The notes: generated from the letters alone by a model not told the origin. Positions 12,101-27,100 are shown, numbered from the stretch's first letter. The stretch: 64,000 bases of DNA from Phoronis australis (GCA_002633005.1 NMRA01000097.1:579273-643272); one strand, 5' to 3'. Numbers and translations: made by a program.

Positions 12101-15100
12101 TTAGCGAAGCACTATATCAACTGTCGCGGTCGAACGCCTCTCCCTAAGGTAGTAAACAATCCCTCATGCTATTGACGCTTTGTTTCAGAGTAAAAAGATT
12201 CCATGACCATAAAAATTGTAATGCTCCATACCACTTCCTCATAATTTAACATGTCCCATAGTGGACATTCATTAGTTGCGTTAATGATATCCATTATCGG
12301 CCTATTAGTTGCTAAAGGGGAAATGAGGTTGTCAGTCCACTGTAAGGTATGTTCGACCAATTTCAGTCCCTAGCGACCATTTTTACTACTTACGTGGCTA
12401 TTTTTGCGCCTTTCTCTCTATCCACACACTGCTTGATGAATCATCATGACAGATCAACTGACAGATATGTTCCAAGACATAAAATGACGTCATTTATTTG
12501 GGACTGTTCTATGAAAGCGGCCATTAGAGGCAGCTTTAGATTTCTAAGTCAATGCTTAATAATTTCTGTGAGAACTCTTTATGAATTTTGCCTTCCTCTT
12601 AAAGCCTATCACAGTACCTGGGGAGCATCGCTCTGAGCCCACTAGTTCCATAAATTGTCAAATGTAATGGGGCATTGACTTGCTTTTGTGTACGTCACCT
12701 CCAGAATCACATTTCAATTCAAACAGCTGCGAATAACACCCGCGGTGTTCTATTCAGTTCCCTATTCAATACAACTGTTATCGACCTTTTGTTGTTTGTG
12801 CAGAATCTCGCGGTGACGCAATGTGGCGCGACAAGGCAGCTTCGCCTATCATTTGACGGCCCAGCATTTGCGTGATTAAACTCGTGTTTTCTTATTTTGC
12901 AAAGGCTTTGCTAGGAGTACCTGGTTAGCCCAATACATCTAATATAGCAAAAGTCCGTTCAAGTAAGGCTTTAAGAAAAGCACGACTGGTTTTGATATCT
13001 GTGTTGTGTGGCACAGTGACAAATTTTAAATACGTCTGCAATAATACCAACCATGATATTTGGTCGACCCTGGTGAAATTTGTCTCGTGTGCTTCTAAGA
13101 AGGAGAGCCCGCTCAAGTTGGTTTGATACTTCGATGGACCGGACTTATAACCGGGGAAGTATTCGGAAATTATCTGCACCCGTCTTTACCGTTTGAAATA
13201 CACCTGTGATGGGTGCATATAAACCTTCTTTGCTGCCCTTGTTGTACATGTATACACGTAACTGCACATGTAAGGGCTGACGTGCATAAAACTTCAAAAG
13301 TTATCCGCAGGATAAGTTTGATTGTTGCATGACGTCAGGTGCATTGTTCAACAATAACAACGTGACCCGTGATTAATCGACGTACAGTAATTGTTGCTAT
13401 ACGGCGTATAACTTCTATGCAACTGGCCCCAGATGTCCTTCGAGTTCTTTAAAACGTTGTACAGAGATAGGAAACCCGGCACTATGTTCAGGTACTTTGC
13501 GACAATGGGGGTTTTCATAAGAATGTTTCGTTTCTGATTTTGTAACGACCATTTGTTTAAACAGAATAATCGCCTGATATGAGTCTCTGACAGTGTCGGA
13601 TAACGATTAATCAGGCACCCACGTTATACGAAATCCGGGGACCATGGTTGCCGAAATGTTTGATTTACTGTACGCTATCCAGTAACCATAATTTTGATCC
13701 TCCAACGTTTTGAATTTACCATACGGAATCCTTCACTTGCAACTTTGGCGATATAAACCTTGGTCCGTTTCCATTGTACATTCCAGGCTTTAAAAGGACT
13801 AAGTCCTGTGTGTGAACACAAATGTGCAGTGAAGTTCGTTAACTTGGTGCTTAATGCAGCATTCTCTACCACCGGGTGATCCTTATTATGCACCATCAGT
13901 GGTTTAATTTTTTCTGCTTTTATGTTATTAAGTATTTGTCTTGTGCCTTTGTAAACATAGACGGACCGACAACTCTGACGATCACTGATGAGCGAAATAT
14001 ATCTTTGGAGGCAACAAAAACGTACTACGTACTGGAAAACCGTCGGTGGACTTTCTATTGTCAAAGCGACGCCTACTATAATAACGCCAGCTGCAAGATA
14101 GGGTTTGGCCTTGCCGGATCGCAATTAAATCAAACAATTGGAAACGCTAGTACATTTGAAGAGCAACGCTTACACGAGGATGGTCTACAATGTGTTACAA
14201 GGCTGGAATTTGACGTTGACAAAGACGTGAATGGAAAGAATGTAACCTGTGAAGTCTTCAACAGAAATCTAGAAAACAGCACGCTATGGAAGTCGTTTAT
14301 GTTGCGAACATACGGTAAGCACGGGAGTGTAGCAGGTCGTCCGTTCCAATGTCATAAGAAACTCGCGAAAATGCAGCATCACAGAAGACGTCGGCGAGAC
14401 ATCGCCGTCTTTTTCAACCGAAGCAAGTACAGTTGCAGTGCACTCAGACAGTAATCAGGCTAAATTGCGTTTTCTCATGTTACTGAGTAATGCCCGCCAT
14501 CAACCGTAACGATGGCCGTCATAGCTATTATAATGCTGTATTCCTCTAGCCCTCACTCGTACTGACAATATGTTTCACTTGCAATCAATTGCCGTGTTTC
14601 GGAATTGCGAGCATTTTTTCTGATTATGTCTGGCTTGTACTGCGGCTGCTTGTACAAGATTCTTGTGTCTATAGAACTCGGCCCGGGTGCCCGCCTCGTA
14701 GACTTGTGATGGCACATGGTCACTATTCGAGATATCGCCATTATTCACAAGCAAGACACATGATCGCGCTAGATCTACATGTACTCGCGAGGTACCAGTT
14801 TATTCCGTTCCATCCGCTATCTTTTGGTCACATCACGTCCCTGTCGGGAGCAGAAATCTTTTCGGATTTTTTTCATCAGGTCACGTATGTGACCAAAAAA
14901 GATGGTGGACTGAACTGGATAAACCGCTTGGAACTAAACCTAATTAGGCGTTTCGTAGAAGCGATAAACTCGCGTAAAGACCACGAAAGATCTCATCATA
15001 CATAAACGTTACAATTTATCTTCAAGGCATAAGACTACACGCATAATCAGTAAACGTCATGTGTGGAAAACGTTACGTGGCCATAGAACAACGTCTTTTA

Positions 15101-18100
15101 TCTTTATAACTCCTTTCTTTTTTGTCATCTCTTTTATTAACATTCGTGCAGGCGTCACGTCATTCCGCTGGACACATGTTTCCGGTTACCTGATTGACCT
15201 GCTTTCACCTGTATGCTATTTCGGCGACCATAATAGGCCAGCTCATTTACCAATTGGTAACTTTGACCCAGTTATCTTGTCACTTTTTTGTTTCTCTTTA
15301 TGTTTCGTGTATTGCACCATTCTTCACTATCACAAGGAATTACTTATTTTCACCTACTTTGAGGCTGCTTTTGTGTCTGGAAATAGAGATTGGGACACAC
15401 GTACTGTATTTACAAGTCCGGACAAATGGTGAACGTAAATGAATATCTTTTAACGCTTCGTTCTTCTTTAGGGATAATGCGTCATGCAGCTGTCACTGGT
15501 CTGTGGTGCTGTTATCGAATCACCGGATATGGACCATTTTGGCGCGCGAGTTGACTTTTAGAAAAGCGGGTATCTGTACCTCGTCTAGGGTCAGTGTTTG
15601 ATGGTCTGCCCCATAGCCTCGTCTGAAAGTGGCTCCCCGAGAACCCCCGGCCGTGTTATTGATGCCGGTGTTCTGCAATTGATGTACATTCCTTTTTGTT
15701 AAATTTTTATGAGAAGGCATGATCACGTGACCCAACTAATGATAGATTGGTTAAAAGCCATAAGTCGAATTTAGTAGGTTTTTCTTCTCTTAGAAAACAT
15801 GACTTCTTCCACTGAATGATAAGAAAGTGGGACGGTATCACGTAACTTACGAATTTAAAAACACTGGGGCCCAACTGAAGTTCTAATCTTTTTATTCGAA
15901 ATGAAACTCGAAATCATGTTCGGCATTTTTTACTCTACTTTTGTGCGAACTCAAGATAAGTGTCTATTATTCTACGCTCGAGTACATAGTGACTTATGTG
16001 GATACTTTTTAGTTCTAGTTTGCAGTTGACAAACCCAACATTAAGGCTAAAAGTTCGATTTTGAACTTAAATTTTCAAGTTTTTATTCGAGTTTGTAGCA
16101 CGAATATCAGGGTCTTCAAGTGCAAACTTGGATTAGAAACTCATATGCGTAAACTATGATGTATTCTAGCACAGTCTAATAACCACTTGTCTCGAGTTTG
16201 CATAAAGTAGCAGAGAAATAGCCAAAAATAATCTCGAGTTCGTTTTGAGTACAAAGATTAGATTCTGAGCCCAAGAAGACTGCCAATATATGTATCTGCT
16301 GTTTTAGTCATTGCTTCTCAGGAATACGTCTAGGACATAGGTTAGGTTAGGTTTACTGAAACGATGATCAAATATTCAAATTTCAGCGTTTGTCGTTTGT
16401 GTGTGCTTCTGCACACTTCACACAATTTGTTTATGAAGAATTAATTCCTGTTTAATACACAAAAGAAACCGGGATTACTTTAAGTTGGGTCTGTCGCAAA
16501 GCTTGGCCCTCAAAACATCAGACTTCATTTATTCCATTAAATGACATAGTCGGTGAGATTTTACAAAGTAACTAAGATTCGACTATGGCAGGACTGTAAT
16601 TTGTACTAAAACATACGCAAGTCATTTTTTTCGACTTTTTAACGTCGACTTCCATTTTCCTTATCTATTATCATTAACAGACATGTATGTAATTTATGTC
16701 CAGGGCTCCACGGGTTCCATTCTCCGACTTAACGTTGGGGTTTACGAATCGTAGCCGGGATCGGTGTGCTCAGCCATGAAATCTTTTCCAACCCCTGTAG
16801 TCGTCAGTGAGGTTTACTGTGTCTACAACTGATGGTCGTTTTGCAGATAGCAGTGAGTGTACATGTAGATGCCAGAGGAACAACAATACACGATGTATGC
16901 ATTAAAAACGTGGCTTTATCCAATCATGATTTCGCTCAGATCTTCCCAACATGACCCTGACGGTGGTCAAGTCGAACATCACGTTTGTGTCGAGTCGAAC
17001 TTCATTGAAAAAATCACTCGTCAATTTCCGGTCGTACGTGGCTCTATGTGAGGTCATAACCTCTGTACCGGAAGTCAACATAACCATGACGTCGACGGGC
17101 TCTGAACAACAAGGTAGTCAATCACAGCAACCCGACATCAACGACGCCAGCATGACAAGGCACTTCCTCAACCTTACTTTTAAAGCGACGGGTGTCCATT
17201 CGTTCGGTTGCATTGTGTCTCATGAAAATATAGAAGATTTTTATAAGGAAGCACATATAAACGCTACAGCCAAATATTGTAAGTATCTCTTTCACTTGAG
17301 AACTCCCATTCCGTGACTAACCGGCGATGTTCTGTTGAGAAAATTTAAGTCAGAAGTAATCAGACAAAAAACTGCTTCCACGCCATGACGGTAACAACAC
17401 GTCATTAGTCGTGACCAATCCTGAACAACTATTCTAATTCACCCTGAAGTCGGCCATGATGGGTCAAAGGTAAAAGAGTGGATTAATTTATTATACAATT
17501 GCGGACATTTTTGCAGTTGGGCCATCTAAATTAACGATAACCACGGACACTGATGACGTTGTCAACGACGGCGGTCACCTCAACGTAANCTTAATTTGAT
17601 TAATTTCTCGTCCTCTATTCCGGAAGTGACGTTTTGGGATGCAAGTGTTTCTCGCCAATTTCTTTTCGTTATAGTCTGACTGTGAGGGCTGTCGAGTCAC
17701 TCATTGTTCTACCTCGGTTGTGATAAGTTCGGTCGTCGTTTGCTTTTGTTTACAAGTCAGTCAACATGCCACGCTTTTGCTGCGTGCCGGGATGTACTCA
17801 TTATCGTCTCACAGGCGCTTTGGGTACCTTGCGTCGCTTTCCGAAGGATGACACACTTCGCCGTACTTGGCTTGCTCGTTCATGTGAAGGACGCAGCGCT
17901 ACCTGTCCACGCAATGTTCAAAGCAGTGGAGGGTTACCGAGTGTGTGGCAAGCATTTTCTGCCTTCAGATTACGACCGAGATATGTACGCTGAATTGATG
18001 AGGTTCCCTGCGAAACAACGCCTGAAGAAGGGTACCATACCGTCGCTGTTGATTCAAGGCAGTGCCCCGTCGCCAACCCCGAGAAGTGCGTTTTTGAAGG

Positions 18101-21100
18101 GAGAAGCCTGGCGAGCTGTGGCCACTATATACAGTGACTGGAGGCACTTATCTACTGTCACCCGTGCCTCCGAACGTACCCCATTGCGTGCAATTCCGGA
18201 AACTAGCAGTGATTCGCCCTGTGCTGTTGTCTCTAGCCCAGAGCCTGTTAGCAGCCCTGCAGCGATGTTGAGTAGTGGGAGTGAATACAGGCCCAGTTCG
18301 ACACCCAGTGAAGAGGACAGTTTGTCATCCAATGAACAGAACGATGAGCCTAAGTTTGATAAGTTTATTGTGGACTTTTATTGGAACTATTTAGAAGATG
18401 CCTGGTGTGTGACGAGGGAGTCACACGGCGGGATCTAAGCAGTTTGGGTGCTCCGATCACCCTCCAGTGGTAGTGTGTCTCGGGACACTCGGGCAAGTGG
18501 GACAGTTCTTCCTCTGTACGTGAGACGATGATGAGTTCACCCCAGTACGCATCATCAGCGTGGCATGTTGACTGACTCGTAAGCAAAAGCAAACGACGAC
18601 CGAACTTAACACAACCGATGTAGAACAATGACTGACTCGACTGCTCTCACAGTCAGACTATATGAAAAGAAGTTGGCGCGAAATTCTTGCCTCAAAAACG
18701 TCACCTCCGGAGTAGACGACGAGTAATTAATTAAACTACGAAAAACAGTAAATAAGTGAAAAATTTGTCTGGGATAATCAACGAAACCTATTTTTGCTAA
18801 AAATGACATGAAAAAAGGTTGCCTTCGCCTTTAAGAAGACGGTTAAGCACGATTCGGTTTTTACAGTTTCAAAACCTTCGGTCAACATGACTATTAGAGA
18901 GAATTCGACAAGCGAAACTTACTTAGAGTCACCTAACTCGCAGTCACGCTTACTTGTCATCGACAAGACGTATGTGTTACGGTGCCAAATACGTAGCGAA
19001 CTACCAAATGTGAGTTTTGACATAACGCCGACATTGAGGCAGCCAGGACCTGTCCATAGAGAGAATTCGTTGTACTACCAGGAGTTGACCTTTGAACCTG
19101 ACGAGACGCACAACAGGGAACTTGGGTTCAACTGTAGCGTCGGGCACGAGATAGTTGAGGAAATGAACACTTCTTTGGGACTGCCCCCACTCATCGTGGC
19201 GTGTAAGTAGATTGGGAACTGTCACTCATATCAGCCATGTATCACTAACGTAGACAACACACAGATTTCACTGTAAAGATAAAAAATGTTCTCGAGTTAT
19301 TTGTTGCAGGCAGTCGTGACTTGGAAAGATCTTGGCTACGGCTCATGGATATGGGAGAGTGATTTGCTTTATTTGTGATAGTGTGGCCTATCTTTCCGTG
19401 ATAATGGGTGATATTTATAATCATGGAATAAGAAAAAAATCTCGTCTTCCTGTTGTCAGGTTATAATTTCGACGAGATAAATTTGGTAAAAGGCTTAGGT
19501 TCCCGTTCAATAAAAACGAGACTTCTGTACGCCATCCATTACGGATTATTTTTGACACAGCCAACCTACCCAAAATCCCAAAAAGTCAGGCACTTCGGGT
19601 TATTCTGATACGACCGCCAAGAAATGAGTATTAGGTGCTCAGGGTATCAACAGTATGTAGACTAGGGTCGTCCCGGATTACACGGCGATAGAACTGTCCT
19701 TTGACCTGGAGATTAAATGTGAGTGATGTAGTTTTGGAAATCAGACACATTTCCGTGTATTTCATTGATCTCGGGACAGCAAAGAATTTCAGATAACTCG
19801 TCCCTGGGGATTTGTCCAGTTTATCAAAGTTTTTCACTTCCGAGTTGCAGCCCACAGCACAGCAGCAATACTTTGTTGGCATTGGAAGGACGAAAAGAAT
19901 AATGCAACCGACAAAAAGTTGTTAAGAATCAGACAACAACAAATAACTAGTGAAACTCCAGAATCATGAAAATGAGGCAGCAAGTGTGCCTGACGTGTGT
20001 TTATGGCATTGTAGATCAATACATTGAGATTTGAGTATCGCTGTTTGATCCGGGACGGTCCTCTTTATAATACATGTACAATTTGTATCTCGTTCCGCTT
20101 TGCGTACAATGGTTGGCATGTTGAAGGCCTACAGTGTGCGACTATTTCCGTCAAGGTGATAATGCTTAAGGTTCTTGTAATGCTTTCCAGTTGGGCCTAA
20201 AAACCTCACACTCACACCGAGTATTGGCAGTATATCATGGAATGTACCAGTTCCAATACTGAAGCTGTCGTTCAATGACGCAGTTACTGTAACCTGCAAG
20301 ACAGACAGCGTCGAAACTACGGCGGAGATTGAGTTTGGATTCGTTAATAAATCTGCACTGGCAAGCGGCCATAAGTACACACAAACAACAGAACTGAGAC
20401 AGCGATTTGGAAACAGCTGGGTTACCGCGATAAAAAATTCATCGGGCACTTGCTACGGGAAAGTATACTTTCAAAAGTTGCAATTTAACGCAGACCTGAC
20501 CGTACATGATCAAAATATCACGTGCGAAGCTTGGAATAACGAGACTAAAAATCTACGTGACGTAAAATCCTTTGAAACAAAGATCTACGGTAAGTGATCC
20601 AATAATGTCAGCTTTGAGAAAAAGTTACTTCAATAAGGTAATAGTCATGCAATTCGTTCGATGTGACAGACGTCTTTAACAATAATCAAACTCAGTTTTT
20701 TTTTCTTCAATGTTAAAATATTTCAAAGTCTATCTCGAGCAGGACAAAGGGAGAAAGTCGCTCACTTTGAACAACACATCATGTCATCCTAAAGTGAACA
20801 CATCTTCAGTGAAATGACTACAGATGCAATAAAATTGTCACATGGCACACGCTTGGACCTCACTTGGCATTCGTTAATTGCTTACGGACAGTTGTTCGGT
20901 TCGCAAATGAATGGCAAAATCAGCTCTTTCATGGATTACTTATTGTAACGTGCCTCCGTTCCCCAGAATGAGTTTCTGAGCAGACTTTGTCTTAAAATAC
21001 GTGATTTTCATTAAATTCCATGTTTGAATGCACACATGCATCATTGTAGATCAGTTTCAACGAAATGAAATTTTACAGCAGCTTTGTACTAGGTCTTAGA

Positions 21101-24100
21101 TGTTTCCGCATAGTTGCTCATTTTGCAGTGTGAAGCACAGGCAAATTTGCAGGTGTTGAATCAAAATTAAAAATGTCTCGAAACTGGAAACACCAACAGT
21201 AAATGGTCACATAGTCCAGTTGTCCATCAGAACAGTTTAAATGTTGCTTTATCCCTGACCTCCTTATTGGGCCCTTTGGGGCGACAAAGGTCCGTAGACA
21301 GGTCAAGTCACGTTCCAATGTCCTTTATAGTGGGGGACTGGTCCACGATAAAGACGCTATAAAACCCTTCCCATCATAAAATTGAAACGTGTGATCCCTA
21401 TCACATACCGTTCTGATATTACATGTATTCTTCATTGAGACCGGAGGAAAATTCAAGGCATCTACAGCAAGTTCATTTGGTCATTTCCTGTTACCATAGG
21501 CTCGTGTCATGAAACTTTCTGTCTCAAAATCGGCCAACATAAAACTAAAATGTCTTGCCCTGGTTTCATGAAATTTATTGTGAACAAAACTAGACCGAAA
21601 TCGATCTAATGCTGGGGTTAAAGTTAGCCTGCTACGGAGTTTTCATAATATTGGGCTTTTGGTCTAAAGGCCATAAGTTGGAGCTTTTATCACAGAAAAC
21701 TCTTGCGGAACAAATTTCGTTGATTTTTTCACAATCAAATTTTCGTAAACAATGACGTTTAGGGACCTCTCTAGACTCGTAGGAGCGCAAAAATGACTCC
21801 CGCTTTAACCAGGCTCAGTTTTGAAGGACAGAAATTCAATTACTACATTCATTAATTTGAAAACAAAGGAATATATACCCTATCTGTCTCTCCCATTGTA
21901 TGTAAAGTTCGAGTTCACTCACTTATATTCACATTTTGATACCGACCGGTATCGAAAGTCTCCTGCTTTATCACCCATAGCCACTGGCTTTAGCGACTGT
22001 ACAGTTTTGCAACCTTGTGGTGAGTTTAGTAGAGATGAATTCCGCGGCACCTGTGGGACAACTTCTGAGAAATTATATAAGTATTACTTTACGATATCAA
22101 TCGATTTCAGCAGCTGGTGAAACTTTTTCAGTGAATGAGTCCACACTCGATGCTCAGCTCACTGTTATCGATAAAAATAACGCAAGCACTTCTTCGCTGG
22201 CTGATGGCGCAACGTATATTGCAAGGTGTGTTATAGAAAGTGAAATCCCGGAAGTAGGTATCGATCTGGAGCCGTCTGTGGGGAACATAAGTGCCATTAT
22301 CGTTAGTGGTGGCTCCAGGTGGAAACGCTATCGCCGTGAAGTTTCCTTCAAAGCTATCCCGAGCATGAACCAGAACTTGGTGTTCTCCTGCAACTGCTCA
22401 CATAATATCGTCCACGAGTTCAAGGCATACAGACAGCTTCAAGGTCCGTTGACCGTTAACTGTAAGTGTAACGGGTATTCAAGGATCGGGGGTTAACTAC
22501 TTACAAGGATAACTGGGCCGACTGCCATTTATGCAGCGAGGACAAATAAGCTAAATGACTAAATGAAAACACCGCTAGAACTCTGCGCGAGTATACAATG
22601 TTGTCGTATTTTATGTATTTGCCTAGATACTAGAAAGAAGTTCGTAAGAATACCAACAATCGAAACATATTATGAATATTTTATAAAACATGGACGATAG
22701 ATACACCCCCGAATTTTCGAACACCTGTCCGTTTTCAAGAGGCCACTGTTGTGTTCGTAGAACCAGTAAAACAACACAGATGAGAGTAAAATATAATACG
22801 TCTATTCTGACTACTGCAAACGTAAATAAACATGAAGGAACACTTCAAACTAAACACAAACATGCATGTAACACACTGTCAGCAGTCTTGTTTGTAAAAC
22901 GATACTAAGTGTCCAGTCATAACTAAAACGATGTATTACACTGCTGTTTGCTGTAAGGTGATCCTACTGATGACTGAAGCTAGTTATAATAAGTAGTAAT
23001 TAAAAGTTCAGCCTGTCTGGTTGGATTGATTTCCTTCCGGAACGTGTCACAACTACAGACGAATCCGTTGGTGGATTTTCTACGGGTAATCGTACGGTAG
23101 TAGCGTTCGAATCCGCAGTGGGATCGACCACAGGCGTAGAAGGTTGTTCCGTCAACCGAGTTGGCGGTACGAAGGCTTGTGGCGGCGGTAAGTTACTTGG
23201 CGGTGGGCCAAACGTGGTTGAAGATGGGTTGTCTTCCGGTGTGCGTCGTACTATGTGGTCTACGTGACGCCTCCAAATCCGTTTATCGGGCAACTCCACA
23301 GAAAATGACACGGGTCCTCGTTGTTCTATGATCATACCAGGGNGTGTTATGCAGAACAGATAACCGTAGCTAAGTTTGATTTCAAAGTTTTGTATGCATA
23401 TGAATGTATGTATGTATGGATGGATGGATGGATGGATGGATGGATGGATGTATATATACATATACATACATCCATCCATCCATCCATACATGCATACATA
23501 TCCCTATTTTAATAGAGGTAAAGAGGTACAATATGTCAACCTCCTACCCTAAACAAGTATGTAAACCTCCTACCCTAAACAAGTATGTAAATCTCCCACC
23601 CTAAACAATTATATAAACCTCCTACCCTAAACAAGTATGTAAACCTCCTACCCTAAACAAGTATGTAAAACTCCTACCCTAAACAAGTGTGTAAACCTCC
23701 TACCCTAAACAAGTGTGTAAACCTCCTACCCTAAACAAGTATGTTCTAACCTCCTACCCTAAACAAGTATGTAAACCTCCTACCCTAAACAAGTGTGTAA
23801 ACCTCTTACCCTAAACAAATATGTTCTAACCTCCTACCCTAAACAAGTATGTAAACCTCCTACCCTAAACAAGTATGTAATCCTCCTACCCTAAACAAGT
23901 ATGTAAACCTTCTACCCTAAACAAGTATGTAAACCTCCTACCCTAAACAAGTATGTAAACCTCCTAACCTAAACAATCATGTAAACCTCCTACCCTGAAC
24001 AAGTATGTACTAACCTCCTACCCTAAACAAGTTCCACTAGATCCATAGTCAACCGACGTCACAAACTTGGGGATAATAATAAGTAAATTTCGCACTGCTA

Positions 24101-27100
24101 ATTCAGTTGACTTTACGTGTGGATGTTCAAATAGCTAACAAGCTAACAAGTTGAAAACGTCTCGGGGAATTTCACTGAAACTTTAAAATTTAAATATTTA
24201 TTCACCAGTCTCAAAAGGTTTTAAGGTTTTCTTTTTAAACGCCTAGTTTTGCGTACCGTAAAGGAGACGAATACGACTACTATTTATTACAAAATATTTT
24301 ACGTTTTGCGTTTAAATTTGGCATACAAACAAAAGCGAATCCAGACGAGTACTTGAAAATTCTTGACAGCGTTTTTAGGTGAATTTAATTTGAAGAGGGT
24401 TTCATTAAAATTGCTTTGAATGTAATTTTCTTAAATTGAATTTATACTTAAAAACGTTTGTTACGTAATAATTATAAAGGCACTATCACTGATCTTTTTT
24501 CTTTCAGAAATCTTTTACTAATATATGAGTTAGAATTGATATAACCTTAGAAAACAATGCAAGGTATTCTTTTTGAACTGAGGGCGCCTTTAAATCACCC
24601 CCACTACGTTAGATTTACGGAAACTGGCTTCGTAGCAGCTTTACGTTCCAAGGCTGTAAGATTGCACGCCACGATCTCAATATTTTGCAGTTGGGCCGAG
24701 CTCAGTGATCATCAAATTAAACGACGCAGTAATCAAAGAACACGCTTGGGTTAACTTCGGAGACACGTACCGTGTGACGTGCGAAATAAACGACACGTTC
24801 CCATCACCAATTTCACGGCTTAAAGTTGATGGAGTGGGGACGGTGCTTATAGAATCGAGGACAAAACAAGATACGTCTTCCAACTATGGTGCCACCTCAC
24901 GAGAGGCCAGCCTTCAATTCCAAGCATCAGTGGACTACCATAAAGGACGCATAGTGTGCTCGGCCGACAACATAGTAACTTTCCACAGAAAGGAGACAAA
25001 ACATGAAATACGTCTTAATGGTATGTTTGATTGGGTGGACTCAGATTTCAGAAAAACCCTTGCATACTTATATACAAAAAACATGAAGTTTGTAATTAAA
25101 TTGGTTTCATTTTGTGAGATAAGCATTTTAATTATGATATAATTAACATGCACGATTCAATTGAAAAGCCGCAATCACAGAGGCATGCACTCATTACCAG
25201 ACATTTGTCCCTTAGACTCGAACGAGCAACAGACGGGCATGTGAACAGATAATCAGACAAATTCCACCTCACTGTGCCCATAAATATGTTTCTTAGTTCA
25301 CCTGTACTCGTCTGTACCATGCCTTGCAACAATGATTTTCAAAATGGTCACAAAAGCTTACTATGAGACATTTGCTACCCCCACCATTCTTTTCACCCCA
25401 TGAAACATACAACACCAGGCCCGTAGGAAGGAAAAAATTATTGGGGAGGCAAAAACCTTTTCGACTACGCCTGACTACCCCCCCTCCCCCATCACCGCCA
25501 CCTCCGCCAACACCCCCCGCCGCCGCCACCGTGCTCCCGTTGCCACCATATTTGTACCGAATCTCCCAAGTCCGCCGTAGGTGGGGGGGCAATCCAGGTG
25601 ATGCACCCATTTCAGTAACAAAGTTTCACGTTGAGTGAGAATGGGCCTAGGACCAGTGCACCGACGTGTAGCGAGGACCTGCCTCAAGTAACTGCAGCTG
25701 AGATCTAACAGTGAGAAAATACGAAATTCCCGATGAAATAAAGCTAGTTGCTGGTCAGCTCAGTTATGATACACTTGATACTGGCAACTTAGCTCGCACA
25801 CATTTGTCTGCGCTGGCTCTAGGGTCAAGATTCGTTTCATTGTTATCCAGTTTCGGGAAAACTTTATTTCATTATGGTCATTCTTTGAAGGTGTTTTTTG
25901 AAAAGGTGAGATCCCGAGGTCTCTGGTATAGTGGCTCTGGGGCTGTTTCAAAATCCCTCGCTGAAACGCGACCGAGATTCATCAATATGCTTGAGTCTTA
26001 TTTCAGATATACAAAAATCGTTTAGTGTACTTTGCTATTTGAAGATCTGATGATAGATCGAATTTTCCGAATGTCAACCTGCAACTAAGTTGACTGAAGC
26101 ATCTTCACTTCTTAAAAGATTCGCTTCTAATTGTAAAAAAATCATTTACAATCTGTCGATTTTCGTAGATACATAAACATGTAAATCAAAAATCAACAAT
26201 TGATTCCATGAGCTTGCTTTAATGACTCATTCCTCATAGATCTCCCGTTTGTGAGTTTGAACTACAAATCTAGAGCTTAAGTCGAAAAGTAATGCATTTA
26301 TTGACATTTGAATTATGAGTACATTTTTGGGAATGGTCTAAATTTCATCAATGTCTGAGAGTTATTTTAGATATGCAAAAATCGTCTAAGTGTACTGGTT
26401 CCTAGGTGTACTTTACTAGTTGGGGGTCGGGTTATAGTTTTTCCAATGTCAGACTGCAACTAAATTCTCTGAACCATCATCAATTCGTACAAAATTAGCT
26501 TCTTCTAAGTGTCAAAAATTATCCATGAATCTATCGATTTTTGTAGATACATAAACAAGTAAATCGGAAACCAACAAATTTGTTTATCGAAACAGAAGGT
26601 TATAACCAATTTCCGCAGGCATTCTTACAGGTTTTTGACGGGTAAACGGGGGAAGATGAGAGATGGGGTATTTGTATTAAGGTGTATTTTTGCTCATTTC
26701 AGAAGTACATGTACCTATAACGGTTCACGAGGTTAACTTGAACACCACTGACAAAACACGCTGAAATCTTTGTTTATGATTGCGAGAGTTCTTTGAGTAC
26801 CCCCGTTTGACGTGTACAGGGCCTTCACAAATAGTAGCCTCGACAGCAGTGTTTTCCACATGTGGGAATTCTTTACAAACAACTCACGGTAACCACTTTC
26901 ATGGTAACCACTTTCATGGTAACCACTTTCATGGTAACCACTTTCATGGTAACCACTTTCATGGTAACCACTTTCATGGTAACCACTTTCATGGTAACCA
27001 CTTTCATGGTAACCACTTTCATGGTAACCACTTTCATGGTAACCACTTTCAAAAGAGATGCTACTCTTGTGATACTATGAGAAACAGTAACATTATTTAA

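Noticed and set aside
25293-25687. Pro/Gly-rich ORFs (also 54561-54878)
   Set aside because: Low-complexity CCN/ACC tracts in introns; no splice or domain support.
26780-27100. His-rich (HGNHF)n protein
   Set aside because: Translation of a perfect 15-bp VNTR; no credible exon boundaries.
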